From the human T2T-CHM13v2.0 reference genome, Homo sapiens: DNA of 64,000 nt. Below the pieces are notes generated by a model. The model searched no databases. It was given only the letters and a program-made list of their open reading frames with translations, and had not been told where the DNA came from. Where the stretch lies: the NCBI RefSeq assembly GCF_009914755.1, contig NC_060940.1, one strand, 5' to 3'. Within the stretch, counting starts at the first letter, position 1, and every line of letters starts with the position of its first letter. This document shows, piece by piece, positions 15,305 through 27,605 of the stretch. Made by a program: the position numbers and the translations under genes.

Positions 15305-15610
15305 AATGAATCCATTCTTTTGTTCATTGAGCCAATGAAATGTTTCTTGAACATATACGTTTCAGTTCTTGTGCTGGGCACAAGGTGCCAAACTAATACA
15401 AGATCTGTTTCCTCAGAGACTCAAGTTCTTGAGAAAAAGTAGGCATAGAAACACAACAATGTAATAAAAATTGTGTAATAAGTGTCATGATTAAAGTCAA
15501 TAAGTGAAGCTACAATCATAATTAGAAGGGATCCTTAGCCTCTCTTGTGCCAAGGGTCTTTAAGGAAGATTTAGAAAAGTAATGGCCAGTTTTTAATTGG
15601 GTCTGATTAA
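15305..15610 (-). mobile_element. L2 relic
   Basis: TTCATTGAGCCAATGAAATGTTTCTTGAACAT..GTGCTGGGCAC..CCTCAGAGACTCAAGTTCT resembles the reverse L2 3' region. Confidence 0.55.
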
Positions 15611-16039
15611 AAAAATAGAGACAATCCAGTGATTGGATACCTTTTACTTTTTATATAGGAGGAAGGATTATTAATGTGCAGCTAGAGTTTTCATTATATT
15701 TCATTTATCTAGAGTTTATACAATTTATTTCCAAGAAACGATAAGCCAGTTAATCAAAAACCATGATGTTCACTGTTTTTGTTTTTCATTTATGTGTATG
15801 TGTGTTTCTTTCTTTTTGTGTCTCTCTTTTTTTGGTTGTTTGTTTTGGTTGTTGCATGGTGTCTGTTCCGTCTTGTTTCACTGATGATTTCGTATCTGCC
15901 TCTTGTTTCATCATGGTTACACGGTGTCTGTGGTAGCACTGCTCATATTCTGTGAATACTCTTTATGTTCAGTCAGAAATACTGCTGACCTGTCATCTCC
16001 TAACTGTGAGCAACCAGCTGCCAGCAATCAGGATCATTT

Positions 16040-16620
16040 TTAAAAATTTATTTTCCCAATAAACTGCATGTCATTAAATTTTCCCCTATACAGGACATTT
16101 ATATTGTTCTCACTTTATTTTTAGCTATTTATCACAAAACAATGCTGCCGTAAGTATACATGTATATGCTAAAAGGTAGAATTTCTCAGTAGTAGTGATA
16201 TACCTATTACATTTATCAGACAGTGACAAATTTTTATCCAACATTTTGGAACCAATATTCAATGTTTACACTTTTTCCAGTATTATAAAAATGTTCATAC
16301 CACCTTATATTAGTCCAATCAATATTTACAGCCTTTTTGTTTACCCATGTAATTTGTGTGTCTGTGTATGTGTATGTGTGTGTGTGTCCTGATTAAGCAC
16401 TTGTTCATGTGTTGATTTTGCAACTGGAATTTTTCTCTTCCGTGAATTACCTATTCCTTTATCCAAATTTCCTTTGATTACTTTTGTCTTACAAATTTTA
16501 CATAGTTCTTATATTTTATTAAATCAAATCAATTGTCAGTAGCTAATAGCTCCATTAAGTATTCTACTTATCTTTAAGGCTTATTTATATTATTTTATCA
16601 CAGAAACTTTTGGTGCATGG
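16040..16620 (-). mobile_element. Ancient L1M (L1ME-like) ORF2-end/3' region relic
   Basis: GGACATTT..TAGCTATT..AACAATGCTGC..TTTTTCTCTTCCGTGAATTACCTATTC resembles reverse L1 3' sequence; highly diverged. Confidence 0.6.
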
Positions 16621-17164
16621 ATCAAAAATAGGAAGTTCTAGAGAAAAATGTATAAATTATTGTTAAAGAGAAGACATGGGATAATCTACATGCAGAAGGG
16701 ATGCAGGAGGAAGGGAAAGAAAGAGAGTTACTATTGAGACTTCAGGCTTAATTTAGATTTTTATTTTGTACTTCCATGAAGCTTACCTTATAAAATTTAC
16801 TGTGACATTATGCTGAACTTTTGCCTATAATTATCTACATATTTTCCCAAAATTTCCCACCACCTTATCTGCTACACTAGAAGTTATCTCTAGCTTTAAA
16901 ATAAATATAATAATCTGCATGTTCACACAAAGAAGAAAAGTTACAGTTTATTTTCTATTTTTCAGGATTTTGAACATGAAATAGACACTGAAGAAACATT
17001 TATTGAATAGATAAGAATGGTTGAAATAATAATGTTCTTTATTTGCAATTCTTCAGGCTACTACATCCTTCTAAAATCACTTCATAGCGTACAGAAAAAA
17101 CATTTCCTGTATATACCTGCTTTATTTAGAAGCAACTAACCTGAGACTTCACAGACACACCATT

Positions 17165-17260
17165 CTGGTCACAAACTCTAAATCTGTCATTAATAGCTGT
17201 GTAACCTTGACCAAGGCAAATCAGCTTTCAGCACTCAATGTCCTCATCTACAAAACATCT
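17165..17260 (+). mobile_element. MIR relic
   Basis: TAATAGCTGTGTAACCTTGACCAAG..CTCAATGTCCTCATCTACAAAA matches the MIR core. Confidence 0.7.
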
Positions 17261-17315
17261 ACAAAACATATCTTTCTTTCTTTCTATATATGAGATTGCA
17301 ATGGAAAGGTTTAAG

Positions 17316-17575
17316 CAGAAATCATAAACTAAAATTCCTACAAGTGGCAAGAATGCATGTGAACTGCATGAAGGAAACAGTCATATACACAAGTGAGGCA
17401 GGGACCTTGGCTAGCTGGAGAATATATGTACTAGCCAATTTTTGCCATGGAGAAATGAGAGCTCGCTGTAGCCAGATTTCTTCTTTTGAATGGAAGCCAT
17501 AAATATAAGTTTTTTAATGTGGCATCAGTAAACAAGTAAACTATGTACATAAGACTTCAAAACAGGCAAAAAAAA
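17316..17575 (+). mobile_element. hAT MITE, MER102-like
   Basis: CAGAAATCATAAACTAAAATTCCTACAAG..GGGACCTTGGCTAGCTGGAGA..TTTGCCATGG..TGTAGCCAGAT..GAAGCCATAAAT resembles the MER102 consensus as recalled. Confidence 0.6.
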
Positions 17576-17784
17576 TTCTATTGAATTTCAAAATAACACT
17601 GAAGTATACAGATACCTGAGAAATTTTGACAAGTTCAATTATCATGTATAAGCAATTCCTAGCTATGCTATTTCTGAAACATTTAAAAAATATTTTCGAA
17701 GACTTCATTGATTGCCATATTGCTGTATGCAAATTATAGTTGACCTAATTTCTGTCACTATTTATAATTAAATATCTTGTGGTT

Positions 17785-19975
17785 GTAAGCAAAATGATGG
17801 AACTGGAGATCTGTAGCTCTAGTTCCCTTCACAAAATTACTGACTAGCTATCCACAGTCAAGAACACCTCTGTGAAAATCCCAGAAGCTAGGGATAAGGC
17901 TGAAGTACCCCCTTGGAGCTCAAAAACCAAGAAAAGGTGCCACTTATTCACCAGGCTTCACAGCACCACGCTGAGGAGGATACCCTGAGGCTACAGGTTT
18001 TCCATGGGAAAAAGAGAACCTGAGACAGAAATCTAACTTCCATAGCATTATTGGGAACTTCCCAGGATAACCATTTTTATCTCATCCTGCAAGGAGCACT
18101 GGTGAAATTGGTAAGGCTAGAACACCTGGGATCAGCTAGGAACAAAGAAGGTGTACAGAGCTAACTCTTAGTTAGCTCGTGTGTATCCCCATCGGTTGCC
18201 TTAATCAACCAGAAAGGCCAGCCAGATATTTTGCCCACACATGGAGCCTAGCCCGATGGCCCCATCTGGCAAGGGAGAATGTTCAGCAGTCCTATCTAAG
18301 TTAGCCAGCCAATGGTCTAGCCTGGGAATTGGGCCCAACAGGTAGCCCTGACTAGGGAGGTAGCAAGCCTGCAGCTCAGTTCAACTATGGAGTATAGCCT
18401 GTGGCCTCTCTTGGCTATGGAGCCCGGCCTATAACCCAACCAACTGTGGAGCATAGCCTTCAGGCCCAGCTGACTAAGAAGCCTGGCAAACAAATCCATG
18501 CTACTAAAGGGCATAGATAATGTCCCTGCCTGCTAACCTGACTGCAGCATACACCCTGCAGTACTACCTGAGCACAGAGTATAGCCAGAAATACCACTTA
18601 GCCTGTAGCACTACTCAAACATGAATGATTCCAGAGCCCAGCCTGAGATTATGCCCAATTATGAAGTTCAACTTATGCTGACTGGCTGGAGAGGCCAGCT
18701 GGCAGCCTTACCTGACCTCAAGAGTGTGTACAGTGTCTCTGCCTGACTAGAGTCTTGGCAGCAAGTCCCACCTGCCCACGGACATTACTTGGTTGCTTGT
18801 CTAGAACCCCAGGCTGTGCTGAATGTTGAAGGTTGTTCCTTAACAAGGAGAGGCTCTGAAGGTTTTAAAAAAGTGGTCACTTTCTCAAATGCCTGGACAC
18901 AAATGAAGAATACAGGGATCAGAAGGAACTGGAAAAACAGAACACCACCAAAGGAAACTAATAAAGTTCCAATAATCTGCCCTAAAGAAATAGAGATCTA
19001 TGATTTGACTGAAAAAAAATTCAAGATAATCCTCTTAGATATTGCCAGTGAACTATAATTAACTAATCAACTTTAGAAAAACAATACATGAGCAAAAGGA
19101 GGAGTTCAACAAACAATTTTTGGAAACCTACAGCTGAAGAATTAATTTTATTCTCATTAATTTTATTAGCTCAAAAATTTAATAGACTATTTCAACAGCA
19201 GACTCAGTGATACAGAAGAAAAAAATGAGTTCAAAGACAGGTAATAAGAAATTGTCAAGTCAGAAAGGGAAAAAGAAAAAAGTTTGAATTAGATTGAAGA
19301 AAGTCTATGGAACTTTGAGACACCATCAACCCAAACAAGTTTAACTACAACACAATTGTAATTAGCACAGCATGGTACAGACATGAAAACAAAAACAAAG
19401 TAGACTCATGGAACAGAATAGGAAGCCAGGAATAAACCTACATATTTAAGGTCAACAAATCATTGGCAAAAGCCAAGAATTCACAATGAGGAAAGAATAA
19501 TCTCTTCAATTAATGGTGTTAGTAATACTGCATATCCATATGCAGAAGAACAGTGCTGGACTCCTACCTTAAGCCACTCAAAAAAGTGAACTAAAAATGG
19601 ATTTAGAACCTAAATGTCAGATCTTAAACCATAAAACTTCTAGAAGAAAATATAGGGAAAAGCTCTTGAGAACTGGCTTTTGGCAATAATTTTTTGGATA
19701 TGATGTCAAAAACACAGTTAAAAAAAATGGTGGAACTACATCAAACTAAAATCTTTTGCACAGAAAAAAAAATAATAAAAATGAGAAGTCAACTTATGAA
19801 ATGCAAAAAAAATTGCAAACCATGATTCTAAAAGGAGTTAATATTGAAAATATATAAATAACTCATACAACTACATAGCAAAATATATATATGATAAATA
19901 ATTTGGTTTAAAAATGGACAAAGTACCTAAGTACACATTTTTCCAAACACATACAAATGGATAATAGGTACATAC
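17785..19975 (+). mobile_element. Old L1M element: 5' UTR and ORF1 N-terminus joined directly to the ORF2 C-terminal region
   Basis: Decayed GCAAGATGGCGGA-like start and a GC-richer 5' UTR. ORF 18789-19058 encodes NRTPPKETNKVPIICPKEIEIYDLTEKKFKIILL (L1M ORF1 N-terminus). From ~19345 the sequence is ORF2-like (GTAATTAGCACAGCATGGTAC..TGGAACAGAATAG..TCTCTTCAATTAATGGTG). Confidence 0.85.
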
Positions 19976-19979
19976 ATAC

Positions 19980-20345
19980 ACTTTGTTTCTGAATCATTTG
20001 GAAAGATGTTGCTTACATATTCCCCTTTATTCGTAGGAAATTCAGTTTATTTTTTAATAGCAAGGAAATTATCCTACATAATCATAGTATACTTAAAATC
20101 AGGAAATTAATATTCTTAAATTATTATCACCTAAAACACAGGCCTTATCTAATTTTTTCAATCTAATGTTTTTTTTCAATTGCCCCACTACTGTCTTCAT
20201 TGCAAAAGAAAGAAAAAGTCTGGTCTCTTGTAAAATGGAAATTTTCTCAGTCTTTCTTTGCCTTACATAATCTTGATTTTTCTGAAGAATACAGATATTT
20301 ATTTTAAAAATAACTCTAAATCTTATTTTCTTTGATATTTTCAAG
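19980..20345 (-). mobile_element. L1MC4/5-like 3' UTR relic
   Basis: TGAATCATTTG..CCCCTTTA..CAAGGAAATTATCCTACATAATCATAGTA..AAAATCAGGAAATTAATATT resembles the reverse L1MC4 3' UTR. Confidence 0.65.
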
Positions 20346-20349
20346 TTTA

Positions 20350-20548
20350 TTAATATTAATAAAAGTATATGCATATGTACACATGCATATGCATATATAT
20401 GTATAAATAAAAGTATGTGCATATATCAGAGCTATGAACATATATGATATATTCATATATATGAATATTTAAGAGCTATTCATATATATGAATACATTAA
20501 TATATATTTATACATATTTAAATATGGAAACATTCATATATATTATTT
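20350..20548. repeat. TA-rich low-complexity tract with embedded perfect palindromes
   Basis: ATATTCATATATATGAATAT (20449-20468) and TATTCATATATATGAATA (20477-20494) are self-complementary. Confidence 0.9.
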
Positions 20549-20649
20549 GGCAGTTATCTAGATAGATAATAAGAGGATATGGTATTGCATGTATATATTT
20601 GATCAAGCATTATCTATTAATAAGATCAAAATCACAATCCTTTATCAAT

Positions 20650-23420
20650 GCTTTATACTTTTTCCCTTTGATATTAATCTGTTTTTGATTGATTTTGTGG
20701 TTTGATATAAAATAGGGAAGCATTTTTAAACATAAAAATACCCAATTATTCTAGATCTATTCATTCATTCAAAACCCAGACTATATCTAATACTTCCTAT
20801 ATTTTTCAGAAATCAAATGTGAAAGGCCTATTTTGGGGGTTCTCTCTTTAGTTCCATTTATTATTTGTTTATTCCGGTTCTATCATTGCACTTTCACAAT
20901 TTTATAGTTTTGTAGTTATAAGATCTGTTCTATACAACTATACAACAGTGTTTTGATACAATGTTCTATACAAGTGTTTTGATACAATGGCATCTTGGCT
21001 CTTGAAATTGAAAATAAGCAGGACAAAACAATACAGTAAGATTAGGGCTCTGTTTGGCCTTGATAGAATCGCTAAATCAATATAGGCAGAAATGATGTAT
21101 TGATAATAGTGAATGTTCTAATCTATAAACATAAACCATCTTTCTATTTATTTAAGTCATTTCAAATGTCTCCTGAAAAATGTTTTGCAAACATGTTTTA
21201 TTAGATTTACAACTTTTTCTTGATTTTTAGTGATATTAAAATGTTCCTTTTAAATTTTGTTTTATTTTGTACTGATTTCTCCGTTGAAAATGTTTTAAAG
21301 TTTGATTCTTTTTTAGGAACCATAGTTTTTCTATGTACACCATGATACCACATATGAATAAGAAAATTTCATTTGCTGTGTTTGTTTTTTTTTAATTCTC
21401 ATACAGTTTGTCTCTTATTGTTGCCTTATTGCACAGGCAGGGATTTCTAATGCAAAGTTTATTGTAAGAGGTAATAGTAGAGAAATTTCTCCTTTCTTAT
21501 TTCAAAGAGAAAGTTTTCCATGTTCTACAAAATATGTTTAAGTTTTATTGTAGATATTCTTTATTAGAATTTAAAAAACCCTTATCTTCCAAGTTGCTAC
21601 ACAATCTCCTATTTTTCATAAATGGAAGAAACATTAAATTGTTTTATAAATCTTCTTTGTATGCATCTGTGAAATTAATTAGACAGTGAATCACTTTAAT
21701 CTTTTAATGTGATTAATCACATTGATTTTCTAACATTAAGCAAGTCTTTCTTGGGGAAAAACTAATTAGGTCATGATATATTAACATATTTTATATTTTA
21801 CTGGAGTAACTTCGCTAATATTTTGCTTAATATATTTGTATCAATAATGCTGAACATGATTACTCATTTATTTTGGGGATAAAAGTTTTTCTGTCTTCAT
21901 GAAATAAGTTGAGAAATATTTCTTTCTATTAATATATGGAAGAATATATCCAAAGTTGAAATTAGTTTTTAAATATTTGGTAAAATTCTTCATTGAAGAA
22001 ATGTAGGACTGGAATTTTCTTTGTATCAACATTTAAAATCTTTTTATAGTTGCTTAATTTTTGTATCACTGTATAAGCATTTCTATTTTTTCTTGGAACT
22101 GTATGCATAGAATGTGTCCATTTCATCTGTATTTTCAAATTTATCTACCTAAAATTATTATTCTATTAAGTATTTATTCACTGCATCATCTGTAGCCATG
22201 CCTTCTTCTCATGACCTTCTTATTTTAAGTTCTTGGTAAGATATATTATAGAATTGTAAATATTATTAGTCCTTCAAAAAACTAAGCAAGCAACCAAATT
22301 TGGGTCTTATTGATGAGCTGTATATTTTGCTTTTTCTTCCTCCTACTCTTGCTCTTACCTTTAATATTTCTTCCCTTATACATTCTATGAACTTATTTTG
22401 CTATATACTTTCTCAAATTTCTGTTTCCAATGCTAAGGTCATTAAACTGTTCTTCCCTTTCCTTTTTATAGCATAAATAAAAGGCTTTAAATTTTTCTTT
22501 AAGTATTGCTTTTGATAAAAATTGGTTTTGGAATGTTTTGTTTTATTTGTTACTCAAGTCAAAATATAAACTATTTTTTTTCATTTTCTCTTTTCACCCA
22601 TGAATTATGGAGCAATTAATTTCTTTTTTTTTTTTTTTTCAGACGGAGTCTCGCTCTTTCGCCCAGGCCGGACTGCAGTGGCGCTGCCTCAGTTCACTGC
22701 AAGCTCCGCTTCCCGGATTCACGCCATTCTGCTGCCTCAGCCTCCTGAGTAGCTGGGATTACAGGCGCCAGCCACCGCGCCCGGCTAATTTTTTGTACTT
22801 TTAGTAGAGACAGGATTTCACCCCGTGTTAGCCAAGATGGTCTCGGTCTCCTGACCTCGTGATCTGCCTGCCTCGGCCTCCCAAAGTGGTGGGATTACAG
22901 GCGTAAGCCACCGCGCCCGGCCTGAGCAATGAATTTCTTAATTGCCAAACATAACACAATGTTAGTTTTATCTTTACATTTGAAATCTGACTGATTGCAC
23001 TATTGATGGAGGGCAAACTTTGAAATTTGGGGGAGTTGCTTAATCACCAAACACATGATCAACCTTTTTAATGTTCTGTGAATGCTTGAAAAAAAAAGTT
23101 GATTTGGTGGTTATTGTATGCAATGTTCTATAAAACTCAATTTTTTAAATGTTTAAATAATGGTATTTATGTTATAATATTTGTAATATTTTATCAAGGT
23201 TTTCTACTGATTTTTCAACATGTTTTTTAATATGCCCATTAAAATTTGCATATTTCTTCTTGCAGTTCTGTCAGCTTTTGTTGGTATATTTTGAGGCCAT
23301 ATTACTAGATAAGAAAAGTAATTAAAATTGTGAATTTAATTCACAATTTATCATTATCAATAATAGTTTCCTTTATGTCTAGTAATGAATTTTGCCTTAA
23401 CTTCCTTTTTCATTTTATTT
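20650..23420 (-). mobile_element. Ancient L1M (L1ME-like) ORF2 relic, interrupted by an AluY
   Basis: Long T-rich stretch with reverse L1 ORF2 motifs (TTGCCTTATTGCAC..TTCAAAGAGAAAGTTTTCCA..GGTCATGATATATT..AATATTTGGTAAAATTC..GGTATATTTTGAGGC). Confidence 0.75.
22624..22922 (-). mobile_element. AluY (AluYe-like diagnostics)
   Basis: CpG-rich reverse Alu with CTCTTTCGCCCAGGCCGGACTGCAGTGGCGCT; TSD GAGCAATTAATTTCTT (22610-22625) / GAGCAATGAATTTCTT (22924-22939). Confidence 0.96.
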
Positions 23421-23529
23421 TTGTTAACAGTGTAGATGGCCTGGATTTCGTTAGTTTTATCATATGTTCTTTGTCTTTTTCCCTACAATCCTAGCAGTTG
23501 TTGCTTGCTATTGCCCTCAAAATTATTTT

Positions 23530-24135
23530 TTGTGTGTGTCCCTGGAAAGTCAGATTGATACGTTATTCTATAAAGAGGCTGTGTATTTGTTTCTGCTAAG
23601 CACCTAGGGGCACGTAGGGTCACTGTTAACGGTACTGCATCCAATCTTGTTCAAAGTTTGAGAGTCCCTTGATCACAAGGCTATGAATTCTCAGAATAGA
23701 CATAAATATTGTGGCCAAAGGAGAGGAGGAAGGAATTATAGATTCGGCTTCCTCTCACCCTGAGAACATAGACATTAAGACCCCAGATCAATATTGGATC
23801 AATATTGGAAGGTGATATTACAACCTCACCCCTGTTCGGGATTGGGTCCTTACTTCTGGCTCTGGCTCAGAGTGACCAGGGAACTGCAAAACATGTATTC
23901 GTGATGAGTAATTTAGAATACATGTAGTTTTGGTGCTCCTATATTCTACATACCTTTCTGATTTTAGGCTTTTTTTTTTCCCACAAAATTTGCATGGAAA
24001 ATATTTTTTTTCAAATTCTGCTTTTGTTTTGATTTTTTATTTATTTTTTAACTTAGTATTTGATAGGTGTTATTTCTAGAGATAGTGATGTTCTGAGTTA
24101 AGCTAGTCTGCCACTAACATAAATTGAGATACTTC
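23530..24135 (-). mobile_element. Ancient L1ME/HAL1-type 5' end relic
   Basis: TATTTGTTTCTGCTAAGCACCTAGGGGCAC and terminal GCTAGTCTGCCA resemble reverse old-L1 5' ends; it lies in line with the adjacent minus-strand L1M relic. Confidence 0.5.
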
Positions 24136-24479
24136 CACGTATATTTTCTACTTTTACTTTGTAGCTCATGTTTTCTTGACTAACTCATGTGGAAATAAAT
24201 TGTAATGTTACACAATGCTAGCTCACTGACTTCAATATGTTGTTTTATTTACAACTGAGAAGAAAATTCTCTAAAGGAGTTGTGAATTACGCAAGGATCA
24301 GAACTATCGAACTGCCTTAGAAAAAGCCCACAAACAAGTCTTGACTAAATTAGGGTTTGTTATTTTTAACTTGAAAATGGTTGTTTATTTTTATTTCCTG
24401 ACATCTACACACATTCACATTATCACTGGATTTGTCAATCAAATCCTTTTTTACGAGATCTAAATTAATATAGTGCCTT

Positions 24480-24620
24480 CCCTCTCCCCCTGCCATTAAA
24501 CCTGGAAAATAACTCCAGAGAATCCATCCAAGTGACTTAGTTTGATGAAATAAATCAAGACATAGCATAATGTCTGGCACATGTTGAACTTCTAATATAC
24601 GTTTGTTGAGTGAATTGAAA
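24480..24620 (+). mobile_element. L2 3' end relic
   Basis: CATAGCATAATGTCTGGCACATG..ATACGTTTGTTGAGTGAATTGAA matches the L2 terminus. Confidence 0.65.
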
Positions 24621-24976
24621 TGTTAAATTGTACCTGAAAATTACCTAGCATATGTCAGGTAAAATTTAATGGTCAGCTTGTTAAATTGTTGTTTGATGTT
24701 TATAATATATTTAAGAAAATGGGCACCTAGAAATTATAAAAGGAAGATAATTAAAATTTTGCACACACACAAAAAGTATATGTATGTATTTATAATATAT
24801 ATAAATCTTTGGCAATGTTTTGTTTTATTTTTACATGAGTTCTTAAACATATAAATTAACACTAAGTGTGATTTATTTAAAAGTGAAAATTGAGTTCTCT
24901 CTAGGGAATATATTTACCGTTTATATAAATCTTCAGCTTTTAAAATGGAATGTTAGCTTCATTTGGGGGAGCACCA

Positions 24977-24978
<2 letters not shown>

Positions 24979-25012
<34 letters not shown>
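24979..25012 (+). repeat. (GT)17 microsatellite
   Basis: Read directly from the sequence. Confidence 0.98.
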
Positions 25013-25016
<4 letters not shown>

Positions 25017-25068
25017 CATTTCAGAATGATATGAAGATTAACTAGGTAACACAATGCTTTAGGCTTGG

Positions 25069-25374
25069 GGTATGTATGTGTGACACAAGGTATCACTCTA
25101 TTGCCCAGGATTGAGTTCACTGTAGTGCAATGGCAAAATCATGACTCACTGCAGTCTCGGCCTTCTGGGCTCAGGTGCTCTTCCCACCTCAGCCTCCCAA
25201 GTAACTGAGAATATCGGCACGTGCCACCATGCCAGTCTAATTTTTTCTATTTTTTTGCAGAGATGGGTTTTGCCATTTTTCCCAGGCTGCTCTTGAACTC
25301 CTGGGCTCGAGCCATTCTCCTACCCCAGCCTCCCAAAGTGCTAGGACTGCAGGCTTGAGCCACCATGCGTGGCC
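25069..25374 (-). mobile_element. AluJ (AluJo-like) with its tail replaced by a short TG/TATG run
   Basis: Reverse Alu with J diagnostics (CTGGGCTCAGGTG..CTCCTGGGCTCGAGC); TSD TAGGCTTGG at 25060-25068 and 25375-25383. Confidence 0.93.
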
Positions 25375-25399
25375 TAGGCTTGGTTTTTAGAACAGAAGA

Positions 25400-25870
25400 G
25401 GTTGCTCTGCTGGATCTCTATCTGCTGTTCCATGTCTAGTCCCTTTCCTTCTCTTTCCTGCTCTATGCCCTGAGAGGCTGAGTAAATGGACCACATCAGC
25501 AACTTCCCTTGATATGTTGCTTTGGTTTTGGTTTAGCTAAAAGGGGGCAATGGCAGGAGTAGAAGGAAGAAAGTCAGTAAAGTGTATAGAGTCCCTCATA
25601 TAAAGGTCACTGTTCCTCTTAAGGGAGCCTTACCTCCACATCTCACCTTCCAGGTTTTAGAAACCACTCTCTCCCTCAATTCTTTAGGTCTAGCAGTAGG
25701 TAAATCACTGTTTTCACTAATTCTAGGTTTCTGTTCTGTTTTTTTTTTTTGGGTGGGGGGGGCAGGGGTTCTCTGCTCTCCATGCATAACTTTATAAATA
25801 GTCCCTTGATTAAACTTTCCTCCAATTATACTAACTTGGGTGGTCTATTTGTTTCCTGTAGCCACCTACA
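25400..25870 (+). mobile_element. ERVL solo LTR, LTR33-like
   Basis: CCTGCTCTATGCCCTGAGAGGCTGA..ATGGACCACATC..TTCCCTTG..GGCAGGAG..TAAATAGTCCCTTGATTAAACT..ATTTGTTTCCTG is collinear with LTR33. Confidence 0.75.
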
Positions 25871-26039
25871 GGCAGTCACTCTGTACCCACAGTAATTGGC
25901 CAAAGTCATTTAGTTATTATTATGTGGAACAAAAAGTCATTGCTAAGCATACTCAAATAGCTCTGGGCCATGGATTCCCTACATTCAATATTAAAGTGGA
26001 AACATTACCCAAATATACCATGAAAGGAGTTAGCCAAAC

Positions 26040-26215
26040 AAAGCTTTGAATCTTGGTTTTGTGCACTTTCTAGAATGTCGGGTAAGTTTCATAACCCCTC
26101 TGATCCCCAGTGCATTATCTTCAAGTAAGGAATATTAATATGTACATAGTAGGATTGGTTTAATGATTACATGAGATAACACAGATAAATAATAGTCCTT
26201 AGCATGTGGTGCATC
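26040..26215 (+). mobile_element. MIR relic
   Basis: TTTGAATCTTGG..GGGTAAGTTTCATAACCCCTCTG..CATAGTAGGATTG..ATGAGATAAC matches the MIR core. Confidence 0.7.
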
Positions 26216-26440
26216 TCATTTAAGATGAATTCCTATGTAGTCTAAACAGAAAAGAAGCAAATATTTTGGAGAACCATATCAATCAATTTGTGAATATACT
26301 AATGCACATAATTACATTCCCCTTCCTTTGACCATTGATTTATCTTTATATCTGCAATGCCCTTGCATGAATCTCTATTGTTATTATTTTTTGAACCTTC
26401 TTCCTGCTCTTCCATGAACAGTGTCCTTCTTATCTTCCTA

Positions 26441-26924
<484 letters not shown>

Positions 26925-27605
26925 CTATCTCTCCTATTTCAAGGCTTACCATAAAATTATAGTAATCAAAATGGTGTAGTGTTAGGAAATTGGGAAAATA
27001 ATACACTTTATCAATGAAATAGAATGGAAAACCCAGAAGTAGACCCACACGAAAATAATCAACTAATGTATGACTAAGGAACAAATGCAATCGAATATAA
27101 AAATAATAATTGTTTCAACAAATTTTGATGGAAAAATTGGGTAACCATTGGAAAACATGGAACCTAGATGTAGACTATAACTTTCAGATAAAAGAAATAA
27201 AAATGAACCATAGATCTAAATGTAAAATGCAAAATTATAAATCTTCTAGAAGTAAACATAGGAGAAAGTCCAAAGAATCTCCATTTGGTGTTGAGTCTTA
27301 CATACAATACCCAAAAGCATAATCCATAAAAACAGAAAGTAGTAAGATAAACTTTATTAAAATTGGAAAATTTAGCTCTGTGAAAGACACTGTTAAGAGA
27401 CTGAAAAGACAAACCACAGACTAGGACAAGTTACTTGCAAAACCATATTTGATAAAGGACATATATCCAAAATATGCAAAGAACTATTAACAATCAACAA
27501 TAAGAAACCAATTAAAATGGGTAAAAGCTCTGAACAGACACCGCATCAAAGAAGATGTGCAGATGGAAAATAAGCATAATTTCTCATTAAAGAACTGCAA
27601 GTTAA

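Noticed and set aside
23786-23807. GATCAATATTG x2 and similar 11 bp duplications (near 17246 and 37721)
   Set aside because: Ordinary slippage duplications with no further structure.
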